In this document: positions 40,157 through 51,672 of the stretch, one piece after another
Layout: each line of letters starts with the position of its first letter
How positions within the stretch are numbered: the first letter of the stretch is position 1
Source of the DNA: Alphaproteobacteria bacterium UBA2966
GTDB taxonomy: Bacteria; Pseudomonadota; Alphaproteobacteria; UBA2966
Length of the DNA stretch: 64,000 nt
Direction: 5' to 3'
Assembly: GCA_002348365.1 (NCBI GenBank)
Contig: DEBC01000130.1
Span: 15,224 to 79,223, forward strand
Program-made: the position numbers and the translations under genes
Notes under the pieces: model-generated
Told to the model about the DNA's origin: nothing
The model's input: only the letters and a program-made list of their open reading frames with translations
The model's database searches: none

Positions 40157-41554
40157 ATGACAGAAAGAACATCTCAAGAGGCTCACGAGAGCCAGTCAAG
40201 ACCACCGCGCCAGCGACGGTTGCATTTACGCGAGGTTACGACCGAAGCCGGCAATTATGATGGCCTCGGTGCGGATCTGAAGGCCGCTCGCGTCCGAAAC
40301 GGACTTGATCTGGCGGAGGTGTCGGACGAGCTTCGCATCCGTCGCGTGCACCTTCACGCTATGGAAGAAGGGCTTTTCAATGACCTGCCGGCACCCGTAT
40401 ACGCCGTCGGGTTTGTCCGTTCCTATGCAGATTATCTGGGATTGGACGGCGAGGTCGCCGTTGAGGCTTTCAAGCAGGAGGCTTCGGGTTTGGGAGGAGA
40501 GACCAAGCTCGTGTTTCCCTCGCCCATACCAGAAAGCCGTGTGCCCACCGGATGGCTTATCGCGCTTTCGCTCGTGCTCGCGGGCCTCATTTATGCCGGA
40601 TGGTATTACGCAGAAATGAACGGCCGCCTTGCGACCGATCGTGTGGCGCCTGTTCCCGAGAGGCTTGTGGCTCTCGCTCCGGCGCCCACGGCGGAACAAC
40701 CCGCCATAGATGATTCGGTTCCCGTGGGGCCTGTTGAAACTGAGGAGACTCCCGTGGAAGGGCCCAAAATCACGGATACCGTGACGGGAATCAGTCCGGC
40801 CACCACTGATGTGAGGGTCGAATTGAGACAGGTTGACACGCCCGACGCAGAGTTGGGAACGGAGGGCGAAGGACGCACCTCTGGCGCCGCTCCTTCAGCC
40901 CAGTTAGGGCCTCAGGAGGAGCCGACGGGTACTGTGACCATCACTCCAGATGTCATAGCCCGTTCTGCCGAAGAGGCGACACCGGTGGCGGAACCGGATA
41001 ATTCTGAGACCATGGCCGCTGTCGTGGAATCGCCGGCTCCGGGCGAGGAGTCATCTGTCCCGGCTGATCAGAGAGCGGCCCCGTCATCATTCGCCAGTAT
41101 GGAGGGTAGAGCAATTGATCGGTCAAACGCGGTCTCCGGATCGGAGGTTGCCCCTGCGGTCACGCCCGAAACGCGGGCTCCACCTCTATCGTCTGCGCCG
41201 CCTCTGCGTGCCGAGGCGAATATTCAGCCTGAAAATGTTCTCCCGGGACGTCAGACGCGGATTTACGGAGAGGGCAACTGGGACGCCCGGGTTATCGTCA
41301 GGGCAAAGAACGAAAGCTGGGTACAGATTATGAGTAGGGACGGCGAGCTACTGCTCACCCGAATTCTTCGTCCCGGCGACCAATACCTGGTGCCCAATCG
41401 TGACGATCTGTTTCTGATGACCGGCAATGCCGGTGGGATCGAGATCACAGTAGATGGAGAATTGGTGCCCGCGATCGGCCAACCCGGAGACATTCGCAGC
41501 AATGTTGCATTGGTGCCGGACCGTCTTATCGCCGGTACGGCCATCGAACCGTAG
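40157..41554 (+). CDS. rodZ: RodZ-like cytoskeleton protein (HTH_XRE, single TM, DUF4115)
   Basis: HTH (LKAARVRNGLDLAEVSDELRIRRVHLHAMEEG), a TM segment (WLIALSLVLAGLIYAGWYY), a long Pro/Ala/Glu-rich linker and a C-terminal DUF4115-like beta domain; immediately upstream of ispG. Start taken at ATG 40157. Confidence 0.65.
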   Translation: MTERTSQEAHESQSRPPRQRRLHLREVTTEAGNYDGLGADLKAARVRNGLDLAEVSDELRIRRVHLHAMEEGLFNDLPAPVYAVGFVRSYADYLGLDGEVAVEAFKQEASGLGGETKLVFPSPIPESRVPTGWLIALSLVLAGLIYAGWYYAEMNGRLATDRVAPVPERLVALAPAPTAEQPAIDDSVPVGPVETEETPVEGPKITDTVTGISPATTDVRVELRQVDTPDAELGTEGEGRTSGAAPSAQLGPQEEPTGTVTITPDVIARSAEEATPVAEPDNSETMAAVVESPAPGEESSVPADQRAAPSSFASMEGRAIDRSNAVSGSEVAPAVTPETRAPPLSSAPPLRAEANIQPENVLPGRQTRIYGEGNWDARVIVRAKNESWVQIMSRDGELLLTRILRPGDQYLVPNRDDLFLMTGNAGGIEITVDGELVPAIGQPGDIRSNVALVPDRLIAGTAIEP

Positions 41555-41727
41555 AAATTCCGCTCGCAGCAGTCTACTTGCGGCGTATCATCTTCATGAT
41601 ACAGTCGCGGCGCATTGGCGAAGCCGGGGCGTTTATCCGTTGGTTCGGATGACGGATCTAGGCACTGAGCTCTCCCCGCGCCGCTCCCATCTGGCAAATA
41701 TCGAGTTTGACTGGCACCCTGACCGAG

Positions 41728-42876
41728 ATGAGCGTACGACCCTATCGAGATATAGCGCGGCGTCAGAGCCGGCAGATCATGGTTGGCCGCGTTGCCGTGG
41801 GCGGCGACGCGCCAATTTCAGTCCAGTCGATGACCAATACGCTCACCACCGACATAAAGGCGACGGTGGCTCAGGTGAAGTCACTCGAGGACGCTGGCGC
41901 GGATATCGTCCGGATATCCTGCCCAGACCAGGATTCATCATTGGCGCTGAAGGAGATCGTGAAGCAGGTCGATGTCCCCATCGTTGCCGACATCCATTTT
42001 CACTACAAACGCGCGATTGAGGCGGCCGAGTCCGGGGCGAGTTGTCTGCGTATCAATCCTGGAAACATCGGTGACAGTGGACGGGTTCGTGACGTCGTCA
42101 AGGCCGCCCGCGACCACGGCTGCTCGATGCGGATCGGAGTCAATGCCGGTTCTTTGGAGAAAGACCTGCTCGAGAAATACGGCGAGCCCAGCCCCAAGGC
42201 GATGGTCGAGAGTGCGCTGAATCATGCGCGTATCCTGGAAGACAACGACTTCCGGGAATTCAAGATCAGTGTGAAAGCGTCCGATGTGTTTCTCGCCGCT
42301 GCCGCTTATCAGCAGCTTGCCGATGCCTGTGACTATGCCCTTCACCTCGGTGTCACCGAGGCAGGGGGGCTGACCACGGGTACCGTGAAGTCCTCAATTG
42401 GAATCGGGACGCTGCTCTGGGCTGGTATTGGCGATACCATCCGGATTTCGCTATCGGCGGATCCCGTCGAAGAGGTTCGCGCGGGTTTTGAGATCCTCAA
42501 GGCCCTCGGGTTGCGGCATCGTGGAGTGAACGTGATCTCGTGCCCGTCCTGCGCAAGACAGGCGTTCCAGGTCATCGACACCGTCCGCATACTCGAGGAG
42601 CGCCTGGCGCACATTTCGACTCCTATGTCGCTGTCGGTGATCGGATGTGTAGTGAACGGTCCGGGGGAGGCACGCGAAACCGATATCGGTGTTACCGGTG
42701 GTGGTCGTGGTACTCACATGGTCTATTTGTCGGGCGTGGCTGATCACAAGATAAGTGATGACGGATTGGTGGATCATGTCGTTGAGCTTGTCGAACAGCG
42801 CGCCGCCGAAATCGAAGCGGAACGCGCCGAGGCCGATATCGGTACTTCGGTCGAATCGCTAGCCCAAGCTTCCTAG
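41728..42876 (+). CDS. ispG: 4-hydroxy-3-methylbut-2-en-1-yl diphosphate synthase
   Basis: [38 protein letters not shown]...; C-terminal 4Fe-4S region with Cys at SCPSC and GCVVNG. Confidence 0.9.
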   Translation: MSVRPYRDIARRQSRQIMVGRVAVGGDAPISVQSMTNTLTTDIKATVAQVKSLEDAGADIVRISCPDQDSSLALKEIVKQVDVPIVADIHFHYKRAIEAAESGASCLRINPGNIGDSGRVRDVVKAARDHGCSMRIGVNAGSLEKDLLEKYGEPSPKAMVESALNHARILEDNDFREFKISVKASDVFLAAAAYQQLADACDYALHLGVTEAGGLTTGTVKSSIGIGTLLWAGIGDTIRISLSADPVEEVRAGFEILKALGLRHRGVNVISCPSCARQAFQVIDTVRILEERLAHISTPMSLSVIGCVVNGPGEARETDIGVTGGGRGTHMVYLSGVADHKISDDGLVDHVVELVEQRAAEIEAERAEADIGTSVESLAQAS

Positions 42877-42892
42877 CTCCAAAGAGGTCCCC

Positions 42893-44137
42893 GTGAGTCG
42901 TTTGCAGCCGGTCCGCGGCACGCATGACATACTGCCGGAAGATGGGCGGCGGCACCGTCACGTCGTGGAGACGGCACGCGAACTGTCTGAACGCTACGGT
43001 TTCGCGGAAATCTCGACCCCGATCTTCGAGTTTACGGACGTTTTCCAGCGTACCTTGGGCGAGACGTCTGACGTCGTGACCAAGGAGATGTACACCTTTC
43101 AGGACCGAGGCGGCGATGAGATCACCTTGCGACCGGAGTATACGGCGGGGATCGCCCGTGCCGTGATCTCGGGCGGGTTGAGTCAACAGTTGCCGCTGCG
43201 TTTTTTCGCGCACGGCCCCATGTTCCGCTATGAACGGCCGCAGAAAGGCCGCTTAAGACAGTTTCATCAGATCGACGCCGAGATAATCGGAGTTGCCGGA
43301 CCGCAGGCGGATATCGAAGTGATATGCCTCGGCGCAGAGATTCTCGACAATCTCGGGGTGTTGGATCGTACCGAACTGCAGATTAACTCACTCGGCGATG
43401 CCGAGAGCAGGCACGCCTACCGGGACGCTCTGGTGGCATATTTCGGTGCGCACCGGGATGCTCTGTCCACCGAGAGTCAGCAGAGACTCGAGCGGAATCC
43501 ATTGCGAATATTGGACTCGAAAGATGAAGGTGATCGTGCCCTTGTGGCTGAGGCTCCCCGAATGGAGGATTACCTCAATGAAGACTCCGCCAGCTTTTTC
43601 TCCGAGGTCGTTGCCGGGTTGAACGCGCTGGGCGTCTCTTACAGCCAAAATCCTCATTTGGTTCGGGGTCTGGACTATTACTCCCACACGGCGTTTGAAT
43701 TCGTGACGGGAGAGTTGGGTGCCCAGGGTGCGGTCATCGCCGGGGGTCGTTATGACGGCTTGATCGAGACCATGGGGGGCACGCCGACGCCCGCTGTCGG
43801 CTGGGCCGGTGGGATCGAGCGCCTGGCGATGCTGGCCACGGGTGCTCCTGAGGCACCGCGCCCGATTGCATTGATCCCGGTCGGCGATACCGCGCAGGAC
43901 GCCGCTATGCTTCTGGCATATGAACTCAGGCGTGCCGGTTTTGTGGTTGATTTCGGCTATCGCGGAAACGTGACGCGACGGATGAAACGGGCGGACAGGA
44001 TCGGCGCACGGGCAGCCCTCTTATTGGGCGAAGATGAAATCGAGCGCGGTGTGATTACGTTGCGGGATCTCGATTCAGGGGAACAGCAGAAGCTGACGCG
44101 TGATGCGCTCGATGCAGCGTTAAATTCGCTGTACTAG
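42893..44137 (+). CDS. hisS: histidine--tRNA ligase
   Basis: MSRLQPVRGTHDILPED...; class II aaRS motifs and a C-terminal anticodon-binding domain. Confidence 0.9.
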   Translation: MSRLQPVRGTHDILPEDGRRHRHVVETARELSERYGFAEISTPIFEFTDVFQRTLGETSDVVTKEMYTFQDRGGDEITLRPEYTAGIARAVISGGLSQQLPLRFFAHGPMFRYERPQKGRLRQFHQIDAEIIGVAGPQADIEVICLGAEILDNLGVLDRTELQINSLGDAESRHAYRDALVAYFGAHRDALSTESQQRLERNPLRILDSKDEGDRALVAEAPRMEDYLNEDSASFFSEVVAGLNALGVSYSQNPHLVRGLDYYSHTAFEFVTGELGAQGAVIAGGRYDGLIETMGGTPTPAVGWAGGIERLAMLATGAPEAPRPIALIPVGDTAQDAAMLLAYELRRAGFVVDFGYRGNVTRRMKRADRIGARAALLLGEDEIERGVITLRDLDSGEQQKLTRDALDAALNSLY

Positions 44138-44197
44138 GAACCGTCCGGCCCGCCGTCGTAAGGCAAGCCGGCCCGTCAGATTGGAGCATGAAATTCC

Positions 44198-45286
44198 GTG
44201 GCTAAGATCCCGGAAGAAAAACTGCAGATGATCATTGATCGCCATGCCGCCCTCGAAGGGGAGCTGGCGACGGCTGCCGGTAGTGGCGATGAGTTCGTGC
44301 GTCTTTCAAAGGAATACGCGGAATTGACCCCTGTCGTTGAGGGTGCTGTCGAACTCCAGAGGCTGCAGTCCGAAGTGTCGGGGCTGGAAGAGATGCTTTC
44401 GGACCCCGATACCGATGGCGAAATGAGAACGCTGGCCGAAGAGGAACTCGCTGAACATCGGGAACGCCTGCCCGCGCTTGAAGACAAGATGCAGGTGCTG
44501 CTGTTGCCGCAGGACGCAGCTGACCAGAAGAACGCCATCCTGGAAATTCGGGCGGGCACCGGTGGCGACGAGGCGGCGCTGTTCGCGGCCGATCTCTACC
44601 GCATGTACCAGCGTTACGCCGAACTGAAAGGCTGGAAGGTCGAGGCCTTGCAGGTTTCGGAAACTGACCTCAACGGTGTGAAGGAGGCGCAGGCCTTGAT
44701 ATCGGGTGCGGGCGTGTTCGCGCGCCTCAAGTTTGAGTCTGGCGTGCACCGGGTGCAGCGAGTGCCGGAAACCGAAAGCAGTGGCCGCATTCACACCTCT
44801 GCCGCTACGGTCGCCGTACTGCCCGAGGCCGAGGATATCGATGTCGAGCTCGATGAGAAGGATCTGCGCGTCGACGTCTATCGGGCCAGTGGACCTGGGG
44901 GTCAGTCGGTCAACACTACCGATTCCGCGGTTCGCATCACGCACCTGCCCACCGGAATCGTGGTGACTCAGCAGGACGAAAAATCCCAGCACAAGAACCG
45001 GGCCAAGGCGCTGAAAATATTGCGCAGCCGACTTTACGATCTCGAGCGCGAGCGCGCCCATGCAGAGCGGGCTGAGCAGCGGCGGGGACAAGTGGGATCC
45101 GGCGACCGGTCGGAGCGGGTGCGCACGTACAATTTTCCCCAGGGACGGGTGACCGATCACCGCATCAATCTGACTCTGCACAAGTTGGATCGCGTTCTGG
45201 CGGGAGAGTCGCTGGACGAAGTGATCGACGGGCTCATTGCCGAGGATCAAGCCAGTCGCCTCGCCGAGATGGAAGCAGATGCTTGA
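44198..45286 (+). CDS. prfA: peptide chain release factor 1
   Basis: PxT-type RF1 with GGQ motif ([25 protein letters not shown]); GTG start. Confidence 0.9.
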   Translation: MAKIPEEKLQMIIDRHAALEGELATAAGSGDEFVRLSKEYAELTPVVEGAVELQRLQSEVSGLEEMLSDPDTDGEMRTLAEEELAEHRERLPALEDKMQVLLLPQDAADQKNAILEIRAGTGGDEAALFAADLYRMYQRYAELKGWKVEALQVSETDLNGVKEAQALISGAGVFARLKFESGVHRVQRVPETESSGRIHTSAATVAVLPEAEDIDVELDEKDLRVDVYRASGPGGQSVNTTDSAVRITHLPTGIVVTQQDEKSQHKNRAKALKILRSRLYDLERERAHAERAEQRRGQVGSGDRSERVRTYNFPQGRVTDHRINLTLHKLDRVLAGESLDEVIDGLIAEDQASRLAEMEADA

Positions 45287-46247
45287 TGGGAACGCCGTGG
45301 TTAGGACGGGCCTTGCGCTCGGCGAACGCGATGTTCCCGGGCAGACAATGAGTATCGACAACGCCATTCAAGATGCAGCACAGATCCTGAGGGATGCCGG
45401 CATCGAAACTGCGCGCCTCGATGCGCGATGTCTCCTGGGTCAAGTTTTGAGCATGCCGCCGATATCGCTTGCGGGCCGTCGAGACGAAGTCCTTTCCACA
45501 GAGGCATTGCGCCGATTTGGGAAGCTTGTGGCGCAGCGTTCTGCACGGACGCCGGTCTCACGAATACTCGGAGAACGAGAGTTCTGGAGTATGCCCTTTA
45601 CTATCTCAGGCTCGGTACTGGATCCACGTGCAGACAGCGAGTGTCTGATCGAGGCGCTCCTCTCCCGTATCAACGATCGTGCAGCCGCGTTGCGCATACT
45701 GGATCTCGGCACGGGTAGCGGTTGTTTGCTGGCGGCTCTCTTGTATGAACTGCCTATGAGTACGGGCCTAGGGGTCGACATCGTGCCTGATGCACTGATA
45801 GTTGCTCGAAGCAATCTCATCCGGAATGGACTGGCGCACCGGGCTCAATTTCTCTGTGGAGACTGGGCTCAGGCCCTGTGTGACGAAACCTTCGACGTCG
45901 TTCTCGTGAATCCACCATACATTCGGGCCAGCGATGCCGGAACGCTCGCACCCGAGGTGATCGACCACGACCCGCACGTTGCCCTGTTTGGAGGTTCTGA
46001 CGGCCTCGCCGCCTATCGGAAAATTCTGCCCGATCTGTCTCGTCTGATGCGGCTGGGAGGGATCGTGGCAGTGGAGATTGGATTGGGCCAGCAGTTGGCT
46101 GTATCAACCATGTTGAAGGCTGCGGGATTCCCGGACGTGGAGTGCAGGCGTGACCTTGCGGGCGTTGAACGTTGCCTGTCGGCACGACTCGAGGCTCAAG
46201 AATGTCAAGACAAAAAAGGGCTTGGAATGGCGGCATGGGGCCGCTAG
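45279..46247 (+). CDS. prmC: release-factor glutamine N5-methyltransferase PrmC (HemK)
   Basis: NPPY motif ([12 protein letters not shown]) and SAM motif [10 protein letters not shown]; overlaps the prfA stop. Confidence 0.85.
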   Translation: MLDGNAVVRTGLALGERDVPGQTMSIDNAIQDAAQILRDAGIETARLDARCLLGQVLSMPPISLAGRRDEVLSTEALRRFGKLVAQRSARTPVSRILGEREFWSMPFTISGSVLDPRADSECLIEALLSRINDRAAALRILDLGTGSGCLLAALLYELPMSTGLGVDIVPDALIVARSNLIRNGLAHRAQFLCGDWAQALCDETFDVVLVNPPYIRASDAGTLAPEVIDHDPHVALFGGSDGLAAYRKILPDLSRLMRLGGIVAVEIGLGQQLAVSTMLKAAGFPDVECRRDLAGVERCLSARLEAQECQDKKGLGMAAWGR

Positions 46248-46461
46248 GGTCCGGGGCAGGATTTGACGGGAAAACAAAATCCATAACCGACCGTCGTATC
46301 CACCCCAGCAATGCCGAACGGACCAGTGTGAGACGGTCGAGTACTATTCGGGAGCGCAGGGGACCTGCCAAACAGCCGCTTTGAGTAGGTATCGCGGGAT
46401 GACCCCGCACAATGCGTGGTCTGCCCACAAGCGGTGGCACAGATACCGGTGACATGAGGTA

Positions 46462-47055
46462 ATGAAGCACAATTCGAATCCTAAGAGAGGCCGTGGCCGC
46501 TCCGGTGGCCGACGTTCAAATCACGGACCCAATCGAACCTACGATAGCAATGGACCGGACGTAAAAGTCAGGGGGACGGCGACGCAGGTGTGTGATCGCT
46601 ATCTTGCCTTGGCACGGGATGCTTCTTCTTCGGGAGACCGGATCAAGGCGGAGGGCTATCTGCAGCACGCCGAGCATTACTATCGAGTCGTCCACGGAGA
46701 CGAAGCCCAACAAGGTCAAAACCACTGGCAAAACCAGGGTCAGGGCCGTTTCAACGGGCGGCGCAATAACATGGTCGCACCGGCTGAAGTCGCGTTGTCG
46801 GGTGAACAGGCGCCCGTCTATCACATGAACGAGCAGGCCGCTGAGACCACTACGCCCCCTGCTACTGAAGAAAAGAATCAGTCCCGGGCCGAGCAGTCCA
46901 ACAGTTCGAACGGGGGTACGGCCGCCAGTGTTGACGCGTCCGGATCGGAGAATATCGCGAGCGCCGATGGCCGCGAAAAGCGGGAAGCCGTGATCGAGGA
47001 AACCAGCGACATGGAATCGACCGAGTCGGAAGGAAACACCGCCGCGAGTGCCTGA
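46462..47055 (+). CDS. DUF4167-domain protein (conserved between prmC and clpB in alphaproteobacteria)
   Basis: MKHNSNPKRGRGRSGGRRSNHGPNRTYDSNGPDVKVRGTATQVCDRYLALARDA...; basic N-terminus, low-complexity C-terminus. Confidence 0.6.
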   Translation: MKHNSNPKRGRGRSGGRRSNHGPNRTYDSNGPDVKVRGTATQVCDRYLALARDASSSGDRIKAEGYLQHAEHYYRVVHGDEAQQGQNHWQNQGQGRFNGRRNNMVAPAEVALSGEQAPVYHMNEQAAETTTPPATEEKNQSRAEQSNSSNGGTAASVDASGSENIASADGREKREAVIEETSDMESTESEGNTAASA

Positions 47056-47156
47056 CCGGCGTCAGTGCCGGGGTGCGGTTTCAAAACTTAATCAATCGGC
47101 AATGATCCTCAGGGCAAACTGCTCTGGGGTTTAGAACAGATTTACGACTTGCGCCT

Positions 47157-47184
47157 CTTGTGTGGCAATTGAGCAACACTACAT
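47157..47184 (+). promoter_or_regulatory. possible RpoH (sigma-32)-type promoter upstream of clpB
   Basis: CTTGTG, a 16-nt spacer, then CTACAT, about 140 nt upstream of the clpB start. This resembles the alphaproteobacterial heat-shock consensus (CTTG...N16-17...CYTATNT); weak match. Confidence 0.25.
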
Positions 47185-47327
47185 AAGAGGGCGCGCGATT
47201 GCGACTGATGGATGCGGGTTATTTGATTCTCGCATGCGGTGTCGGGTCGTGCCGCTGGGCTGCCAGCTTGCGGGCCACGGGGCAGGCGGCGATTTGAGAA
47301 CAGATTTTGCTTTGTTGGGGCATCGTT

Positions 47328-49916
47328 ATGGAATTTGAGACCTATACCGAGCGGTCCCGAGGATTCGTCCAGTCGGCGCAGGGCTTGGCACTGCGGACCG
47401 GACATCAGCGGTTCACGCCCGAGCACCTGCTCAAGGTGCTGCTTGATGACGAAGAAGGACTGTGCGCAATCCTGATCGGCGGCGCCGGCGGCGATCCCAA
47501 GGCGGCACAGGCCGGAGTAGAAACCGCACTTGCCAAGCTTCCCAAAGTTGAAGGCTCGGGTGCCGGTCAAGTCTATCTGGCGCCCGAGACGGCCCACCTG
47601 TTCGAATCAGCGGAGAAATTGGCGGGAAAAGCCGGAGACACCTACGTCACGGTTGAGCGTTTGTTGCTGGCACTGGCGCTGGCGACGGATACACCTTCGG
47701 CAGAAATTTTGAAGAGTGCCGGCGTTACGCCGCAAGCTCTGGATGCCGCAATCTCGGATATGCGCAAGGGTCGCACGGCGGATACGGCAGGGGCTGAGGA
47801 TACTTTCGAGGCTTTGAGCAAGTATGCGCGCGATCTGACTGAGGACGCGACCCAGGGCCGACTCGATCCTGTTATCGGCCGCGATGAAGAAATCCGCCGC
47901 ACCATTCAGGTCTTGTCGAGGCGCACGAAGAACAATCCCGTTCTCATTGGTGAGCCCGGCGTGGGCAAGACGGCCATCGTGGAAGGTCTGGCGCAACGAA
48001 TCGTGAATCGAGACATTCCTGAATCGCTTCGGGACAAACGCCTCATGGCATTGGATCTGGGCGCGTTGATTGCAGGCGCTAAGTTTCGTGGCGAGTTTGA
48101 AGAACGGTTGAAAGCCGTACTTTCGGAAATCCAGACCGCTCGCGATGTCATCCTGTTCATTGATGAGATGCACACGCTCGTCGGCGCAGGGGCAGCGGAA
48201 GGCGCGATGGACGCCTCGAATCTCCTGAAGCCTGCACTGGCGAGAGGGGAGCTCCACTGTGTCGGTGCTACAACACTTGATGAGTACCGCAAGCATGTCG
48301 AGAAAGACGGTGCGCTGGCCCGCCGATTTCAGGCGGTCTTCGTCACCGAGCCGACCGTGGAGGATTCGGTTTCAATCCTGCGTGGGCTGAAAGAGAAGTA
48401 TGAACTCCACCATGGCGTCCGCATCACGGACGGTGCCATCGTTGCGGCAGCCACGCTGTCCAACCGCTATATCACCGATCGATTCCTGCCTGACAAAGCT
48501 ATCGACCTGGTTGATGAGGCAACCAGTCGTCGACGTATGGAAGTGGATTCCAAACCCGAGGAAATCGACGAACTCGATCGTCGGATTATTCAGCTCAAGA
48601 TCGAACGGGAGGCGCTGAAAAAGGAAGATGACTCCGCGTCCCGTGAAAGATTGGAACGACTGGAGAAAGAACTCGCGGAGCTTGAGCAGGGGGCGGCGGT
48701 ACTGACTGCAAAGTGGCAGGCACAGAAGGACAAGCTTGCCGGCGCTCAAAAGGTGAAGGAAGAACTCGACATCGCCCGCAATGATCTCGAGCGAGCGCAA
48801 CGGGACGGTGATCTCGCGCGAGCCGGTGAACTTGCCTACGGCGTCATTCCAGAGTTGGAAAAGTGCCTTGCAGACCCGCAAGAGGCCGATGAGCAGCAGA
48901 TCATGCGCGAAGAGGTTACGGCTGAGGATATAGCCAATGTCGTCGCCCGCTGGACAGGCGTTCCGGTTGACAAGATGCTGGAGGGTGAGCGCGAGAAGCT
49001 GCTGGGTATGGAAGAGGACCTTGCCAAGCGCGTGGTTGGCCAGCAGGAGGCTGTCAGCGCCGTTGCCAATGCCGTGCGCCGTGCGCGTGCGGGTCTACAG
49101 GACTCCAACCGGCCCATTGGTTCCTTCCTGTTTCTCGGGCCGACCGGTGTGGGCAAGACCGAACTTACCAAAGCGCTTGCGGAACGCCTGTTTGATGACG
49201 AACAGGCCATGGTCCGAATCGATATGTCGGAGTACATGGAGAAGCATGCCGTCGCCCGTCTGATTGGCGCGCCGCCCGGGTATGTAGGATACGAGGAGGG
49301 TGGTGCACTCACCGAGGTGGTTCGCCGTCGCCCGTATCAGGTGATTTTGTTCGACGAGATCGAGAAGGCGCACCCTGACGTGTTCAACGTCTTGTTGCAG
49401 GTCCTGGATGATGGTCGGTTAACGGATGGCCAAGGGCGCACGGTCGATTTCAGGAATACGCTGATTATCCTCACATCAAACTTGGGTTCTGACTATCTCG
49501 CGGCGCTGGCGGATGGCGAAGATGTCGAATCGGCGCGTGACCAGGTCATGGATGTGGTCCGTACCGCGTTCCGGCCCGAGTTCCTCAATCGTCTCGACGA
49601 GGTCATTCTGTTCCATCGTCTCGGCCGCCAGGATATGACGGGCATCGTCGACATCCAGTTGCGCTCCCTCGAGGCCCTTCTGGCCGATCGAAAGATTTCT
49701 CTCGAAGTCGAGGAATCTGGCCGCGTGTGGCTGGCAAACGCCGGCTACGATCCGGTGTACGGTGCACGCCCGCTCAAACGGGTGATCCAGCGCCAGCTGC
49801 AAAACGTCCTGGCTGGCATGATTCTGGAAGGCGCGATCGCCGAAGGCGAGACGGTAAAGGTCACCGCCGGAGATGGCGGGCTATCGGTGAACGGTGAGTT
49901 GATCCAGGCGGCATAG
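47328..49916 (+). CDS. clpB: ATP-dependent chaperone ClpB
   Basis: [41 protein letters not shown]...; two AAA+ modules ([15 protein letters not shown]..., [19 protein letters not shown]) and a middle coiled coil. Confidence 0.95.
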   Translation: MEFETYTERSRGFVQSAQGLALRTGHQRFTPEHLLKVLLDDEEGLCAILIGGAGGDPKAAQAGVETALAKLPKVEGSGAGQVYLAPETAHLFESAEKLAGKAGDTYVTVERLLLALALATDTPSAEILKSAGVTPQALDAAISDMRKGRTADTAGAEDTFEALSKYARDLTEDATQGRLDPVIGRDEEIRRTIQVLSRRTKNNPVLIGEPGVGKTAIVEGLAQRIVNRDIPESLRDKRLMALDLGALIAGAKFRGEFEERLKAVLSEIQTARDVILFIDEMHTLVGAGAAEGAMDASNLLKPALARGELHCVGATTLDEYRKHVEKDGALARRFQAVFVTEPTVEDSVSILRGLKEKYELHHGVRITDGAIVAAATLSNRYITDRFLPDKAIDLVDEATSRRRMEVDSKPEEIDELDRRIIQLKIEREALKKEDDSASRERLERLEKELAELEQGAAVLTAKWQAQKDKLAGAQKVKEELDIARNDLERAQRDGDLARAGELAYGVIPELEKCLADPQEADEQQIMREEVTAEDIANVVARWTGVPVDKMLEGEREKLLGMEEDLAKRVVGQQEAVSAVANAVRRARAGLQDSNRPIGSFLFLGPTGVGKTELTKALAERLFDDEQAMVRIDMSEYMEKHAVARLIGAPPGYVGYEEGGALTEVVRRRPYQVILFDEIEKAHPDVFNVLLQVLDDGRLTDGQGRTVDFRNTLIILTSNLGSDYLAALADGEDVESARDQVMDVVRTAFRPEFLNRLDEVILFHRLGRQDMTGIVDIQLRSLEALLADRKISLEVEESGRVWLANAGYDPVYGARPLKRVIQRQLQNVLAGMILEGAIAEGETVKVTAGDGGLSVNGELIQAA

Positions 49917-49940
49917 ACAGGATTTAATGTATTGAAATAA

Positions 49941-49961
49941 AGGGAAAAATTCCCTTTTTTT
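49941..49961. terminator. bidirectional intrinsic terminator between convergent clpB and the M23 peptidase gene
   Basis: AGGGAA-aaa-TTCCCT hairpin, flanked by an A run upstream and TTTTTTT downstream. Confidence 0.6.
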
Positions 49962-51396
49962 ACCGCTTCACGCTTGCCACACGAGACGACGCGGGTGTTT
50001 CGTTGAGTGCCACGTCGGTCTTGGCTTTCTCTTCCAGAAAACGCGCCAGTTCCGAACCCTTCAGTTTCTTTCCGGTCGGCAGTTTGAGCTTCAGCGGGTT
50101 CAGCTTCTTGCCGTTTCGATGCACCTCATAGTGAAGATGCGGGCCCGTAGAACGACCGGTTGTTCCGACATATCCGATGATCTGGCCTTGGCGAACCCTT
50201 TTCCCGGACCGGACTCCTTTCGCGTAGCCCTTCAGGTGTGCATAGGCTGTCTTGTACGTGCTGTTGTGGCGGATCCGGACGTACTTGCCATAAGCGCCGT
50301 AACGGCTCGCGCGTTCAACGACTCCGTCTCCGGCCGCCATGATCGGAGTGCCACGGGGAGCGGCAAAATCAAGACCACGATGCATCATGGTGTATCCCAG
50401 GATCGGATGCCGGCGCTTGCCGAAGCGTGAGGAAAGGCGCGCGCCGTCGATGGGTGTTTTCATCAGGGCTTTGCGGGCGCTCTGGCCCTTGGCATCGTAG
50501 TAGTCGACGGCGCCGTCCTCGGTCGCGAATCGATAAAGCTGTAGGTCCTCGCCGCTCAACGCGAGGGAAGCATATAGAATATCGCCATTCTTTACGGCGC
50601 GTCCGTCTTCGTCTTTGAACGACTCGAACAGGATCTCGAAGCGGTCGCCATGCCGGATCTCACGCTGGAAATCGACATCCCAGCTGAACATCCGGATGAG
50701 GTCCATGATGACGCGAGCCGGAACACCCGTGCGACGGGCCGAGACGAACAGACTGTCGTCGATTCGATCTGCGCCCCGGACAAATGAGGGCTCCAGGGAT
50801 TGCACAATTTCCTGGGCCTCAAAACCGTCTTCAGTGCGGACGGCGGATACGCTGCGCTCGACATCCAGGGTCACGATCACCGCGACAAGCGCATCGCCCT
50901 TGGCCGCATTGCCATCCGATTCTGGCTCGGGGCGGAATGCCGCAGTCAATTTCTGACCCACCTTGAGTCTACGAGGATCAAAGATCGATTTAAGGGCCCC
51001 AATCGCTGTGTGGGCTTCCTCACGTTTTGCGCCTGCTCGGCGCAATACCCGCATCAGTGTGTCGCCGCGCCGCACCGTGAGGTGCCGTTCGTCGATGACC
51101 GGTTCGGCCTGTGCAGGAGGCGAGATCGCCAGTTCTGGTTCGGATCCCTCCTGGGCTTCAATATCTGTTGTGGTAACAGGGCCAAGCGGTGCGGTGGCAG
51201 CCTTGTCTGGAACCGACACCAGCTCGAGTGCCCGACCGTTCGCATTTCCGAAAGCCGGCAAATCCAGTGCCGTCGCGAGGGCCATAAAGACACCCAACCC
51301 GAGGATGATCCCGTAGGCCGTGAATCTGCCCTCGCCTTGACCAGCGAGGCGTTCGCTGTCACGCCAGATTCGAGGCGCCGATTGTTTTCTGGCCAT
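49960..51396 (-). CDS. M23-family metallopeptidase with OapA/LysM-like N-terminal region
   Basis: 478 aa; N-terminal TM anchor and a C-terminal M23 domain (HRGLDFAAPRGTPIMAAGDGVV...HLHYEV). Confidence 0.75.
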   Translation of the reverse strand: MARKQSAPRIWRDSERLAGQGEGRFTAYGIILGLGVFMALATALDLPAFGNANGRALELVSVPDKAATAPLGPVTTTDIEAQEGSEPELAISPPAQAEPVIDERHLTVRRGDTLMRVLRRAGAKREEAHTAIGALKSIFDPRRLKVGQKLTAAFRPEPESDGNAAKGDALVAVIVTLDVERSVSAVRTEDGFEAQEIVQSLEPSFVRGADRIDDSLFVSARRTGVPARVIMDLIRMFSWDVDFQREIRHGDRFEILFESFKDEDGRAVKNGDILYASLALSGEDLQLYRFATEDGAVDYYDAKGQSARKALMKTPIDGARLSSRFGKRRHPILGYTMMHRGLDFAAPRGTPIMAAGDGVVERASRYGAYGKYVRIRHNSTYKTAYAHLKGYAKGVRSGKRVRQGQIIGYVGTTGRSTGPHLHYEVHRNGKKLNPLKLKLPTGKKLKGSELARFLEEKAKTDVALNETPASSRVASVKR

Positions 51397-51672
51397 TACC
51401 GAAACATTGCTCCCACCATGACCCCCGACGCGGATTCCTTGGGGGATTCCAGGGAGTTGAAACCGAAGCCGCGCAAAAATGGCAAGAACTCGATTCTCTT
51501 GTCAAGGATTTTTTGTATTAGAATCAATGCGATTTTCAGATTTCCTAATGACAATTCAGAGAATGATCTGAGACCTGATTGGAATTAGGTGACTCAATTT
51601 CTCGTTCTCGATTTCCGAGCCAGATCAACACGTCCGTCGGACGTGACTGCTCTCATAGGGTTAACGGAGGGG

